Source of the DNA: Eledone cirrhosa
Lineage: Eukaryota
Assembly: GCA_964016885.1 (NCBI GenBank)
Contig: OZ024741.1
Coordinates: forward strand, 248,496,001-248,560,000
Length of the DNA: 64,000 nt
Direction of reading: 5' to 3'
The notes under the pieces are model-generated. The model was not told the origin of the DNA. It ran no database searches and worked only from the letters and a program-made list of their open reading frames with translations. Shown piece after piece: positions 1 to 10,900 of this stretch (position 1 is the stretch's first letter; the number at the start of each line of letters is the position of its first letter). The position numbers and the translations under genes are program-made.

Positions 1-218
1 CAGGGGGAGATAATTTGTAAAAAAATCAGGGGGAGATAATTTGTAAAAAAAAAATCAGGGGGAGATAATTTGTAAAAAAAAATCAGGGGGAGATAATTTG
101 TAAAAAAAATCAGGGGGAGATAATTTGTAAAAAAAATCAGGGGTAGATAATTTGTAAAAAAAATCAGGGGGAGATAATTTGTAAAAAAAATCAGGGGGAG
201 ATAATTTGTAAAAAAAAT
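1..218 (+). repeat. Representative run of eight type A monomers (A-tract lengths 7-10-9-8-8-8-8-8)
   Basis: Counted directly. The same run recurs at ~1983, 4906, 11879, 13861, 34021 and 62839. Confidence 0.95.
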
Positions 219-345
219 CAGGGGTAGATAATTTTCAGCCGTCCAAGGGGAGATAATTTCCATCCTTCCAAGGGGAGATAATTTCCAGCCGTCCAAGGGG
301 AGATAATTTCCCGCCAGCCAAGGAGAGATAACATTTAAAAAAATC
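219..345 (+). repeat. B cassette 'P' (4 B monomers: GGGGTAGA entry, CCATCCTTC, canonical, CCCGCCAGC) plus GGAGAGATAA(C/T)ATTTAAAA exit monomer; representative copy
   Basis: Same ordered variants recur throughout, e.g. 398, 3377, 3583, 22672, 22878, 23057. Confidence 0.92.
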
Positions 346-1159
346 AGGCGGAGATAATTTGTAAAAAAATCAGGGGGAGATAATTTGTAAAAAAAATCAG
401 GGGTAGATAATTTTCAGCCGTCCAAGGGGAGATAATTTCCATCCTTCCAAGGGGAGATAATTTCCAGCCGTCCAAGGGGAGATAATTTCCCGCCAGCCAA
501 GGAGAGATAACATTTAAAAAAATCAGGGGGAGATAATTTGTAAAAAAAAATCAGGGGGAGATAATTCGTAAAAAAAATCAGGGGGAGATAATTTGTAAAA
601 AAAAATCAGGGGTAGATAATTTGTAAAAAAAAATCAGGGGGAGATAATTTGTAAAAAAAAAATCAGGGGGAGATAATTTGTAAAAAAATCAAGGGGAGAT
701 AATTTCCAGCCGTCCAAGGGGAGATAATTTTCAGCCGTCCAAGGAGAGGTAATTTCTAGCCGTCCAAGGGGAGATAATTTCCCGCCAGCCAAGGAGAGAT
801 AACATTTAAAAAAATCAGGCGGAGATAATTTGTAAAAAAAATCAGGGGGAGATAATTTGTAAAAAAATCAGGGGGAGATAATTTGTAAAAAAAATCAGGG
901 GTAGATAATTTCCAGCCGTCCAAGGGGAGATAATTTCCATCCTTCCAAGGGGAGATAATTTCCAGCCGTCCAAGGGGAGATAATTTCCCGCCAGCCAAGG
1001 AGAGATAATATTTAAAAAAATCAGGCGGAGATAATTTGTAAAAAAAATCAGGCGGAAATAATTTGTAAAAAAAAATCAGGGGGAGATAATTTGTAAAAAA
1101 AAATCAGGGGGAGATAATTTGTAAAAAAAAATCAGGGGGAGATAATTTGTAAAAAAAAT

Positions 1160-1312
1160 CAAGGGGAGATAATTTCCAGCCGTCCAAGGGGAGATAATTT
1201 TCAGCCGTCCAAGGAGAGGTAAATTCTAGCCGTCCAAGGAGATATAATTTCCAGCCGTCCAAGGGGAGATAATTTCCAGCCGTCCAAGGGGAGATAATTT
1301 TTAAAAAAAAAT
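1160..1312 (+). repeat. B cassette 'Q' (4-5 B monomers with TTTTCAGCC and GGAGAGGTAA(T/A)TTCTAGCC variants, T-run/A-run exit); representative copy
   Basis: Ordered variants recur, e.g. 2699 (GGAGGTAA 2-bp-deletion form), 3847, 4083. Usually followed by CAGGCGGAGATAATTTGTAAACAAAAAT. Confidence 0.88.
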
Positions 1313-1451
1313 CAGGCGGAGATAATTTGTAAACAAAAATCAGGGGGAGATAATTTTTAAAAAAAAATCAGGGGGAGATAATTTGTAAAAAAAAATCAGG
1401 GGGAGATAATTTGTAAAAAAAAATCAGGGGGAGATAATTTGTAAAAATAAT

Positions 1452-1675
1452 CAAGGGGAGATAATTTCCAGCCGTCCAAGGGGAGGTAATATCTAGCCAT
1501 CCAAGGGGAGATAATTTCCAGCCGTCCAAGGGGAGATAATTTCCAGCCGTCCAAGGGGAGATAATATCCAGCCGTCCAAGGAGACATATTTTCCAGCCGT
1601 CCAAGGAGAGGTAATTTCTAGCCGTCCAAGGGGAGATAAGTTCCAGCCTCCAAGGGGAGATAATTTCCAGCCAGC
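1452..1675 (+). repeat. B cassette 'R' (9 monomers, 224 bp, including GGTAATATCTAGCCATC, GGAGACATATTTT and the 24-bp AAGTTCCAGCCTC monomer); representative copy
   Basis: Counted 8x25+24 bp. Recurs roughly every 0.65-3.5 kb across the whole window (tracked by the MDGWKICLL/MSPWTAGYY ORF entries). Confidence 0.93.
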
Positions 1676-1783
1676 CAAGGGGAGATAATTTGTAAAAAAA
1701 TCAGGGGGGAGATAATTTGTAAAAAAAATCAGGGGGAGATAATTTGAAAAAAAAATCAGGGGGAGATAATTTGTAAAAAATAT

Positions 1784-1982
1784 CAAGGGGAGATAATTTC
1801 CAGCCCTCCAAGGGGCTATAATTTCCAGCCGTGCAAGGGGAGATAATTTCCAGCCGTCCAAGGGGAGATAATTTCCATCCTTCCAAGAGGAGATAATTTC
1901 CAGCCGTCCAAGGGGAGATAATTTCCCGCCAGCCAAGGGAAGATAATTTTTTAAAAAATCAGGCGGAGATTGTAAAAAAAAT
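1784..1982 (+). repeat. B cassette 'S' (6 monomers with CAGCCCTC, GGGGCTATAA and CCGTGC variants) plus exit monomers, including the shortened CAGGCGGAGATTGT monomer; representative copy
   Basis: 17 copies, tracked by ORF ends at 1936, 4859, 6841, 9527, 11832, 13814, 16737, 18719, 21379, 25536, 27518, 30205, 33974, 50639, 58089, 61414 and 62792. Confidence 0.92.
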
Positions 1983-4900
1983 CAGGGGGAGATAATTTGT
2001 AAAAAAATCAGGGGGAGATAATTTGTAAAAAAAAAATCAGGGGGAGATAATTTGTAAAAAAAAATCAGGGGGAGATAATTTGTAAAAAAAATCAGGGGGA
2101 GATAATTTGTAAAAAAAATCAGGGGTAGATAATTTGTAAAAAAAATCAGGGGGAGATAATTTGTAAAAAAAATCAGGGGGAGATAATTTGTAAAAAAAGT
2201 TAGGGGTAGATAATTTTCAGCCGTCCAAGGGGAGATAATTTCCATCCTTCCAAGGGGAGATAATTTCCAGCCGTCCAAGGGGAGATAATTTCCCGCCAGC
2301 CAAGGAGAGATAACATTTAAAAAAATCAGGCGGAGATAATTTGTAAAAAAATCAGGGGGAGATAATTTGTAAAAAAAATCAGGGGTAGATAATTTTCAGC
2401 CGTCCAAGGGGAGATAATTTCCATCCTTCCAAGGGGAGATAATTTCCAGCCGTCCAAGGGGAGATAATTTCCCGCCAGCCAAGGAGAGATAACATTTAAA
2501 AAAATCAGGGGGAGATAATTTGTAAAAAAAAATCAGGGGGAGATAATTCGTAAAAAAAATCAGGGGGAGATAATTTGTAAAAAAAAATCAGGGGTAGATA
2601 ATTTGTAAAAAAAAATCAGGGGGAGATAATTTGTAAAAAAAAATCAGGGGGAGATAATTTGTAAAAAAAAATCAGGGGGAGATAATTTGTAAAAAAATCA
2701 AGGGGAGATAATTTCCAGCCGTCCAAGGGGAGATAATTTTCAGCCGTCCAAGGAGGTAATTTCTAGCCGTCCAAGGGGAGATAATTTCCAGCCGTCCAAG
2801 GGGAGATAATTTTTTTTAAAAAATCAGGCGGAGATAATTTGTAAACAAAAATCAGGGGGAGATAATTTGTAAAAAAAAATCAGGGGGAGATAATTTGTAA
2901 AAAAAATCAAGGGGAGATAATTTCCAGCCGTCCAAGGGGAGGTAATATCTAGCCATCCAAGGGGAGATAATTTCCAGCCGTCCAAGGGGAGATAATTTCC
3001 AGCCGTCCAAGGGGAGATAATATCCAGCCGTCCAAGGAGACATATTTTCCAGCCGTCCAAGGAGAGGTAATTTCTAGCCGTCCAAGGGGAGATAAGTTCC
3101 AGCCTCCAAGGGGAGAAAATTTCCAGCCAGCCAAGGGGAGATAATTTGTAAAAAAATCAGGGGGAGATAATTTGTAAAAAAAAAATCAGTGGGAGATAAT
3201 TTGTAAAAAAATCAGGGGGAGATAATTTGTAAAAAAAAAATCAGGGGGAGATAATTTGTAAAAAAAATCAGGGGGAGATAATTTGTAGAAAAAATCAGGG
3301 GTAGATAATTTGTAAAAAAAATCAGGGGGAGATAATTTGTAAAAAAAATCAGGGGGAGATAATTTGTAAAAAAAATCAGGGGTAGATAATTTTCAGCCGT
3401 CCAAGGGGAGATGATTTCCATCCTTCCAAGGGGAGATAATTTCCAGCCGTCCAAGGGGAGATAATTTCCCGCCAGCCAAGGAGAGATAACATTTAAAAAA
3501 ATCAGGCGGAGATAATTTGTAAAAAAAATCAGGGGGAGATAATTTGTAAAAAAATCAGGGGGAGATAATTTGTAAAAAAAATCAGGGGTAGATAATTTCC
3601 AGCCGTCCAAGAGGAGATAATTTCCATCCTTCCAAGGGGAGATAATTTCCAGCCGTCCAAGGGGAGATAATTTCCCGCCAGCCAAGGAGAGATAATATTT
3701 AAAAAAATCAGGCGGAGATAATTTGTAAAAAAAATCAGGCGGAAATAATTTGTAAAAAAAAATCAGGGGGAGATAATTTGTAAAAAAAAATCAGGGGGAG
3801 ATAATTTGTAAAAAAAAATCAGGGGGAGATAATTTGTAAAAAAAATCAAGGGGAGATAATTTCCAGCCGTCCAAGGGGAGATAATTTTCAGCCGTCCAAG
3901 GAGAGGTAAATTCTAGCCGTCCAAGGAGATATAATTTCCAGCCGTCCAAGGGGAGATAATTTCCAGCCGTCCAAGGGGAGATAATTTTTTAAAAAAAATC
4001 AGGCGGAGATAATTTGTAAACAAAAATCAGGGGGAGATAATTTTTTAAAAAAAATCAGGGGGAGATAATTTGTAAAAAAAATCAAGGGGAGATAATTTCC
4101 AGCCGTCCAAGGGGAGATAATTTTCAGCCGTCCAAGGAGAGGTAAATTCTAGCCGTCCAAGGAGATATAATTTCCAGCCGTCCAAGGGGAGATAATTTCC
4201 AGCCGTCCAAGGGGAGATAATTTTTAAAAAAAAATCAGGCGGAGATAATTTGTAAACAAAAATCAGGGGGAGATAATTTTAAAAAAAAAATCAGGGGGAG
4301 ATAATTTGTAAAAAAAAATCAGGGGGAGATAATTTGTAAAAAAAAATCAGGGGGAGATAATTTGTAAAAATAATCAAGGGGAGATAATTTCCAGCCGTCC
4401 AAGGGGAGGTAATATCTAGCCATCCAAGGGGAGATAATTTCCAGCCGTCCAAGGGGAGATAATTTCCAGCCGTCCAAGGGGAGATAATATCCAGCCGTCC
4501 AAGGAGACATATTTTCCAGCCGTCCAAGGAGAGGTAATTTCTAGCCGTCCAAGGGGAGATAAGTTCCAGCCTCCAAGGGGAGATAATTTCCAGCCAGCCA
4601 AGGGGAGATAATTTGTAAAAAAATCAGGGGGGAGATAATTTGTAAAAAAAATCAGGGGGAGATAATTTGAAAAAAAAATCAGGGGGAGATAATTTGTAAA
4701 AAATATCAAGGGGAGATAATTTCCAGCCCTCCAAGGGGCTATAATTTCCAGCCGTGCAAGGGGAGATAATTTCCAGCCGTCCAAGGGGAGATAATTTCCA
4801 TCCTTCCAAGAGGAGATAATTTCCAGCCGTCCAAGGGGAGATAATTTCCCGCCAGCCAAGGGAAGATAATTTTTTAAAAAATCAGGCGGAGATTGTAAAA

Positions 4901-7900
4901 AAAATCAGGGGGAGATAATTTGTAAAAAAATCAGGGGGAGATAATTTGTAAAAAAAAAATCAGGGGGAGATAATTTGTAAAAAAAAATCAGGGGGAGATA
5001 ATTTGTAAAAAAAATCAGGGGGAGATAATTTGTAAAAAAAATCAGGGGTAGATAATTTGTAAAAAAAATCAGGGGGAGATAATTTGTAAAAAAAATCAGG
5101 GGGAGATAATTTGTAAAAAAAATCAGGGGTAGATAATTTTCAGCCGTCCAAGGGGAGATAATTTCCATCCTTCCAAGGGGAGATAATTTCCAGCCGTCCA
5201 AGGGGAGATAATTTCCCGCCAGCCAAGGAGAGATAACATTTAAAAAAATCAGGCGGAGATAATTTGTAAAAAAATCAGGGGGAGATAATTTGTAAAAAAA
5301 ATCAGGGGTAGATAATTTTCAGCCGTCCAAGGGGAGATAATTTCCATCCTTCCAAGGGGAGATAATTTCCAGCCGTCCAAGGGGAGATAATTTCCCGCCA
5401 GCCAAGGAGAGATAACATTTAAAAAAATCAGGGGGAGATAATTTGTAAAAAAAAATCAAGGGGAGATAATTCGTAAAAAAAATCAGGGGGAGATAATTTG
5501 TAAAAAAAAATCAGGGGTAGATAATTTGTAAAAAAAAATCAGGGGGAGATAATTTGTAAAAAAAAAATCAGGGGGAGATAATTTGTAAAAAAATCAAGGG
5601 GAGATAATTTCCAGCCGTCCAAGGGGAGATAATTTTCAGCCGTCCAAGGAGAGGTAATTTCTAGCCGTCCAAGGGGAGATAATTTCCCGCCAGCCAAGGA
5701 GAGATAACATTTAAAAAAATCAGGCGGAGATAATTTGTAAAAAAAATCAGGGGGATATAATTTGTAAAAAAATCAGGGGGAGATAATTTGTAAAAAAAAT
5801 CAGGGGTAGATAATTTCCAGCCGTCCAAGGGGAGATAATTTCCATCCTTCCAAGGGGAGATAATTTCCAGCCGTCCAAGGGGAGATAATTTCCCGCCAGC
5901 CAAGGAGAGATAATATTTAAAAAAATCAGGCGGAGATAATTTGTAAAAAAAATCAGGCGGAAATAATTTGTAAAAAAAAATCAGGGGGAGATAATTTGTA
6001 AAAAAAAATCAGGGGGAGATAATTTGTAAAAAAAAATCAGGGGGAGATAATTTGTAAAAAAAATCAAGGGGAGATAATTTCCAGCCGTCCAAGGGGAGAT
6101 AATTTTCAGCCGTCCAAGGAGAGGTAAATTCTAGCCGTCCAAGGAGATATAATTTCCAGCCGTCCAAGGGGAGATAATTTCCAGCCGTCCAAGGGGAGAT
6201 AATTTTTAAAAAAAAATCAGGCGGAGATAATTTGTAAACAAAAATCAGGGGGAGATAATTTTTAAAAAAAAATCAGGGGGAGATAATTTGTAAAAAAAAA
6301 TCAGGGGGAGATAATTTGTAAAAAAAAATCAGGGGGAGATAATTTGTAAAAATAATCAAGGGGAGATAATTTCCAGCCGTCCAAGGGGAGGTAATATCTA
6401 GCCATCCAAGGGGAGATAATTTCCAGCCGTCCAAGGGGAGATAATTTCCAGCCGTCCAAGGGGAGATAATATCCAGCCGTCCAAGGAGACATATTTTCCA
6501 GCCGTCCAAGGAGAGGTAATTTCTAGCCGTCCAAGGGGAGATAAGTTCCAGCCTCCAAGGGGAGATAATTTCCAGCCAGCCAAGGGGAGATAATTTGTAA
6601 AAAAATCAGGGGGGAGATAATTTGTAAAAAAAATCAGGGGGAGATAATTTGAAAAAAAAATCAGGGGGAGATAATTTGTAAAAAATATCAAGGGGAGATA
6701 ATTTCCAGCCCTCCAAGGGGCTATAATTTCTAGCCGTGCAAGGGGAGATAATTTCCAGCCGTCCAAGGGGAGATAATTTCCATCCTTCCAAGAGGAGATA
6801 ATTTCCAGCCGTCCAAGGGGAGATAATTTCCCGCCAGCCAAGGGAAGATAATTTTTTAAAAAATCAGGCGGAGATTGTAAAAAAAATCAGGGGGAGATAA
6901 TTTGTAAAAAAATCAGGGGGAGATAATTTGTAAAAAAAAAATCAGGGGGAGATAATTTGTAAAAAAAAATCAGGGGGAGATAATTTGTAAAAAAAATCAG
7001 GGGGAGATAATTTGTAAAAAAAATCAGGGGTAGATAATTTGTAAAAAAAATCAGGGGGAGATAATTTGTAAAAAAAATTAGGGGGAGATAATTTGTAAAA
7101 AAAGTTAGGGGTAGATAATTTTCAGCCGTCCAAGGGGAGATAATTTCCATCCTTCCAAGGGGAGATAATTTCCAGCCGTCCAAGGGGAGATAATTTCCCG
7201 CCAGCCAAGGAGAGATAACATTTAAAAAAATCAGGCGGAGATAATTTGTAAAAAAATCAGGGGGAGATAATTTGTAAAAAAAATCAGGGGTAGATAATTT
7301 TCAGCCGTCCAAGGGGAGATAATTTCCATCCTTCCAAGGGGAGATAATTTCCAGCCGTCCAAGGGGAGATAATTTTCCGCCAGCCAAGGAGAGATAACAT
7401 TTAAAAAAATCAGGGGGAGATAATTTGTAAAAAAAATCAGGGGGAGATAATTCGTAAAAAAAATCAGGGGGAGATAATTTGTAAAAAAAAATCAGGGGTA
7501 GATAATTTGTAAAAAAAAATCAGGGGGAGATAATTTGTAAAAAAAAATCAGGGGGAGATAATTTGTAAAAAAAAATCAGGGGGAGATAATTTGTAAAAAA
7601 ATCAAGGGGAGATAATTTCCAGCCGTCCAAGGGGAGATAATTTTCAGCCGTCCAAGGAGGTAATTTCTAGCCGTCCAAGGGGAGATAATTTCCAGCCGTC
7701 CAAGGGGAGATAATTTTTTTTAAAAAATCAGGCGGAGATAATTTGTAAACAAAAATCAGGGGGAGATAATTTGTAAAAAAAAATCAGGGGGAGATAATTT
7801 GTAAAAAAAATCAAGGGGAGATAATTTCCAGCCGTCCAAGGGGAGGTAATATCTAGCCATCCAAGGGGAGATAATTTCCAGCCGTCCAAGGGGAGATAAT

Positions 7901-10900
7901 TTCCAGCCGTCCAAGGGGAGATAATATCCAGCCGTCCAAGGAGACATATTTTCCAGCCGTCCAAGGAGAGGTAATTTCTAGCCGTCCAAGGGGAGATAAG
8001 TTCCAGCCTCCAAGGGGAGAAAATTTCCAGCCAGCCAAGGGGAGATAATTTGTAAAAAAATCAGGGGGAGATAATTTGTAAAAAAAAAATCAGTGGGAGA
8101 TAATTTGTAAAAAAATCAGGGGGAGATAATTTGTAAAAAAAAAATCAGGGGGAGATAATTTGTAAAAAAAATCAGGGGGAGATAATTTGTAGAAAAAATC
8201 AGGGGTAGATAATTTGTAAAAAAAATCAGGGGGAGATAATTTGTAAAAAAAATCAGGGGGAGATAATTTGTAAAAAAAATCAGGGGTAGATAATTTTCAG
8301 CCGTCCAAGGGGAGATGATTTCCATCCTTCCAAGGGGAGATAATTTCCAGCCGTCCAAGGGGAGATAATTTCCCGCCAGCCAAGGAGAGATAACATTTAA
8401 AAAAATCAGGCGGAGATAATTTGTAAAAAAAATCAGGGGGAGATAATTTGTAAAAAAATCAGGGGGAGATAATTTGTAAAAAAAATCAGGGGTAGATAAT
8501 TTCCAGCCGTCCAAGGGGAGATAATTTCCATCCTTCCAAGGGGAGATAATTTCCAGCCGTCCAAGGGGAGATAATTTCCCGCCAGCCAAGGAGAGATAAT
8601 ATTTAAAAAAATCAGGCGGAGATAATTTGTAAAAAAAATCAGGCGGAAATAATTTGTAAAAAAAAATCAGGGGGAGATAATTTGTAAAAAAAAATCAGGG
8701 GGAGATAATTTGTAAAAAAAAATCAGGGGGAGATAATTTGTAAAAAAAATCAAGGGGAGATAATTTCCAGCCGTCCAAGGGGAGATAATTTTCAGCCGTC
8801 CAAGGAGAGGTAAATTCTAGCCGTCCAAGGAGATATAATTTCCAGCCGTCCAAGGGGAGATAATTTCCAGCCGTCCAAGGGGAGATAATTTTTTAAAAAA
8901 AATCAGGCGGAGATAATTTGTAAACAAAAATCAGGGGGAGATAATTTTTAAAAAAAAATCAGGGGGAGATAATTTGTAAAAAAAAATCAGGGGGAGATAA
9001 TTTGTAAAAAAAAATCAGGGGGAGATAATTTGTAAAAATAATCAAGGGGAGATAATTTCCAGCCATCCAAGGGGAGGTAATATCTAGCCATCCAAGGGGA
9101 GATAATTTCCAGCCGTCCAAGGGGAGATAATTTCCAGCAGTCCAAGGGGAGATAATATCCAGCCGTCCAAGGAGTCATATTTTCCAGCCGTCCAAGGAGA
9201 GGTAATTTCTAGCCGTCCAAGGGGAGATAAGTTCCAGCCTCCAAGGGGAGATAATTTCCAGCCAGCCAAGGGGAGATAATTTGTAAAAAAATCAGGGGGG
9301 AGATAATTTGTAAAAAAAATCAGGGGGAGATAATTTGAAAAAAAAATCAGGGGGAGATAATTTGTAAAAAATATCAAGGGGAGATAATTTCCAGCCCTCC
9401 AAGGGGCTATAATTTCCAGCCGTGCAAGGGGAGATAATTTCCAGCCGTCGAAGGGGAGATAATTTCCATCCTTCCAAGAGGAGATAATTTCCAGCCGTCC
9501 AAGGGGAGATAATTTCCCGCCAGCCAAGGGAAGATAATTTTTTAAAAAATCAGGCGGAGATTGTAAAAAAAATCAGGGGGAGATAATTTGTAAAAAAATC
9601 AGGGGGAGATAATTTGTAAAAAAAAAATCAGGGGGAGATAATTTGTAAAAAAAAATCAGGGGGAGATAATTTGTAAAAAAAATCAGGGGGAGATAATTTG
9701 TAAAAAAAATCAGGGGTAGATAATTTGTAAAAAAAATCAGGGGGAGATAATTTGTAAAAAAAATCAGGGGGAGATAATTTGTAAAAAAAATCAGGGGTAG
9801 ATAATTTTCAGCCGTCCAAGGGGGGAGATAATTTCCATCCTTCCAAGGGGAGATAATTTCCAGCTGTCCAAGGGGAGATAATTTCCCGCCAGCCAAGGAG
9901 AGATAACATTTAAAAAATCAGGCGGAGATAATTTGTAAAAAAATCAGGGGGAGATAATTTGTAAAAAAAATCAGGGGTAGATAATTTTCAGCCGTCCAAG
10001 GGGAGATAATTTCCATCCTTCCAAGGGGAGATAATTTCCAGCCGTCCAAGGGGAGATAATTTCCCGCCAGCCAAGGAGAGATAACATTTAAAAAAATCAG
10101 GGGGAGATAATTTGTAAAAAAAAATCAGGGGGAGATAATTCGTAAAAAAATCAGGGGGAGATAATTTGTAAAAAAAAATCAGGGGTAGATAATTTGTAAA
10201 AAAAAATCAGGGGGAGATAATTTGTAAAAAAAAAAATCAGGGGGAGATAATTTGTAAAAAAATCAAAGGGAGATAATTTCCAGCCGTCCAAGGGGAGATA
10301 ATTTTCAGCCGTCCAAGGAGAGGTAATTTCTAGCCGTCCAAGGGGAGATAATTTCCAGCCGTCCAAGGGGAGATAATTTTTTTAAAAAAATCAGGCGGAG
10401 ATAATTTGTAAACAAAAATCAGGGGGAGATAATTTGTAAAAAAAAATCAGGGGGAGATAATTTGTAAAAAAAAATCAGGGGGAGATAATTTGTAAAAAAA
10501 ATCAAGGGGAGATAATTTGTAAAAAAAAATCAGGGGTAGATAATTTGTAAAAAAAAATCAGGGGAGATAATTTGTAAAAAAAAATCAGGGGGAGATAATT
10601 TGTAAAAAAATCAAGGGGAGATAATTTCCAGCCGTCCAAGGGGAGATAATTTTCAGCCGTCCAAGGACAGGTAATTTCTAGCCGTCCAAGGGGAGATAAT
10701 TTCCAGCCAGCCAAGGGGAGATAATTTGTAAAAAAATCAGGGGTAGATAATTTGTAAAAAAAAATCAGGGGGAGATAATTTGTAAAAAAAATCAGGGGGA
10801 GATAATTTGTAAAAAAAATCAGGGGTAGATAATTTCCAGCCGTCCAAGGGGAAATAATTTCCATCCTTCCAAGGGGAGATAATTTCCAGCCGTCCAAGGG

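Noticed and set aside
1-218. Macroscopic DNA curvature from phased A-tracts
   Set aside because: Spacing of 26-29 bp is about 2.5-2.75 helical turns, so successive bends are largely out of phase rather than additive.
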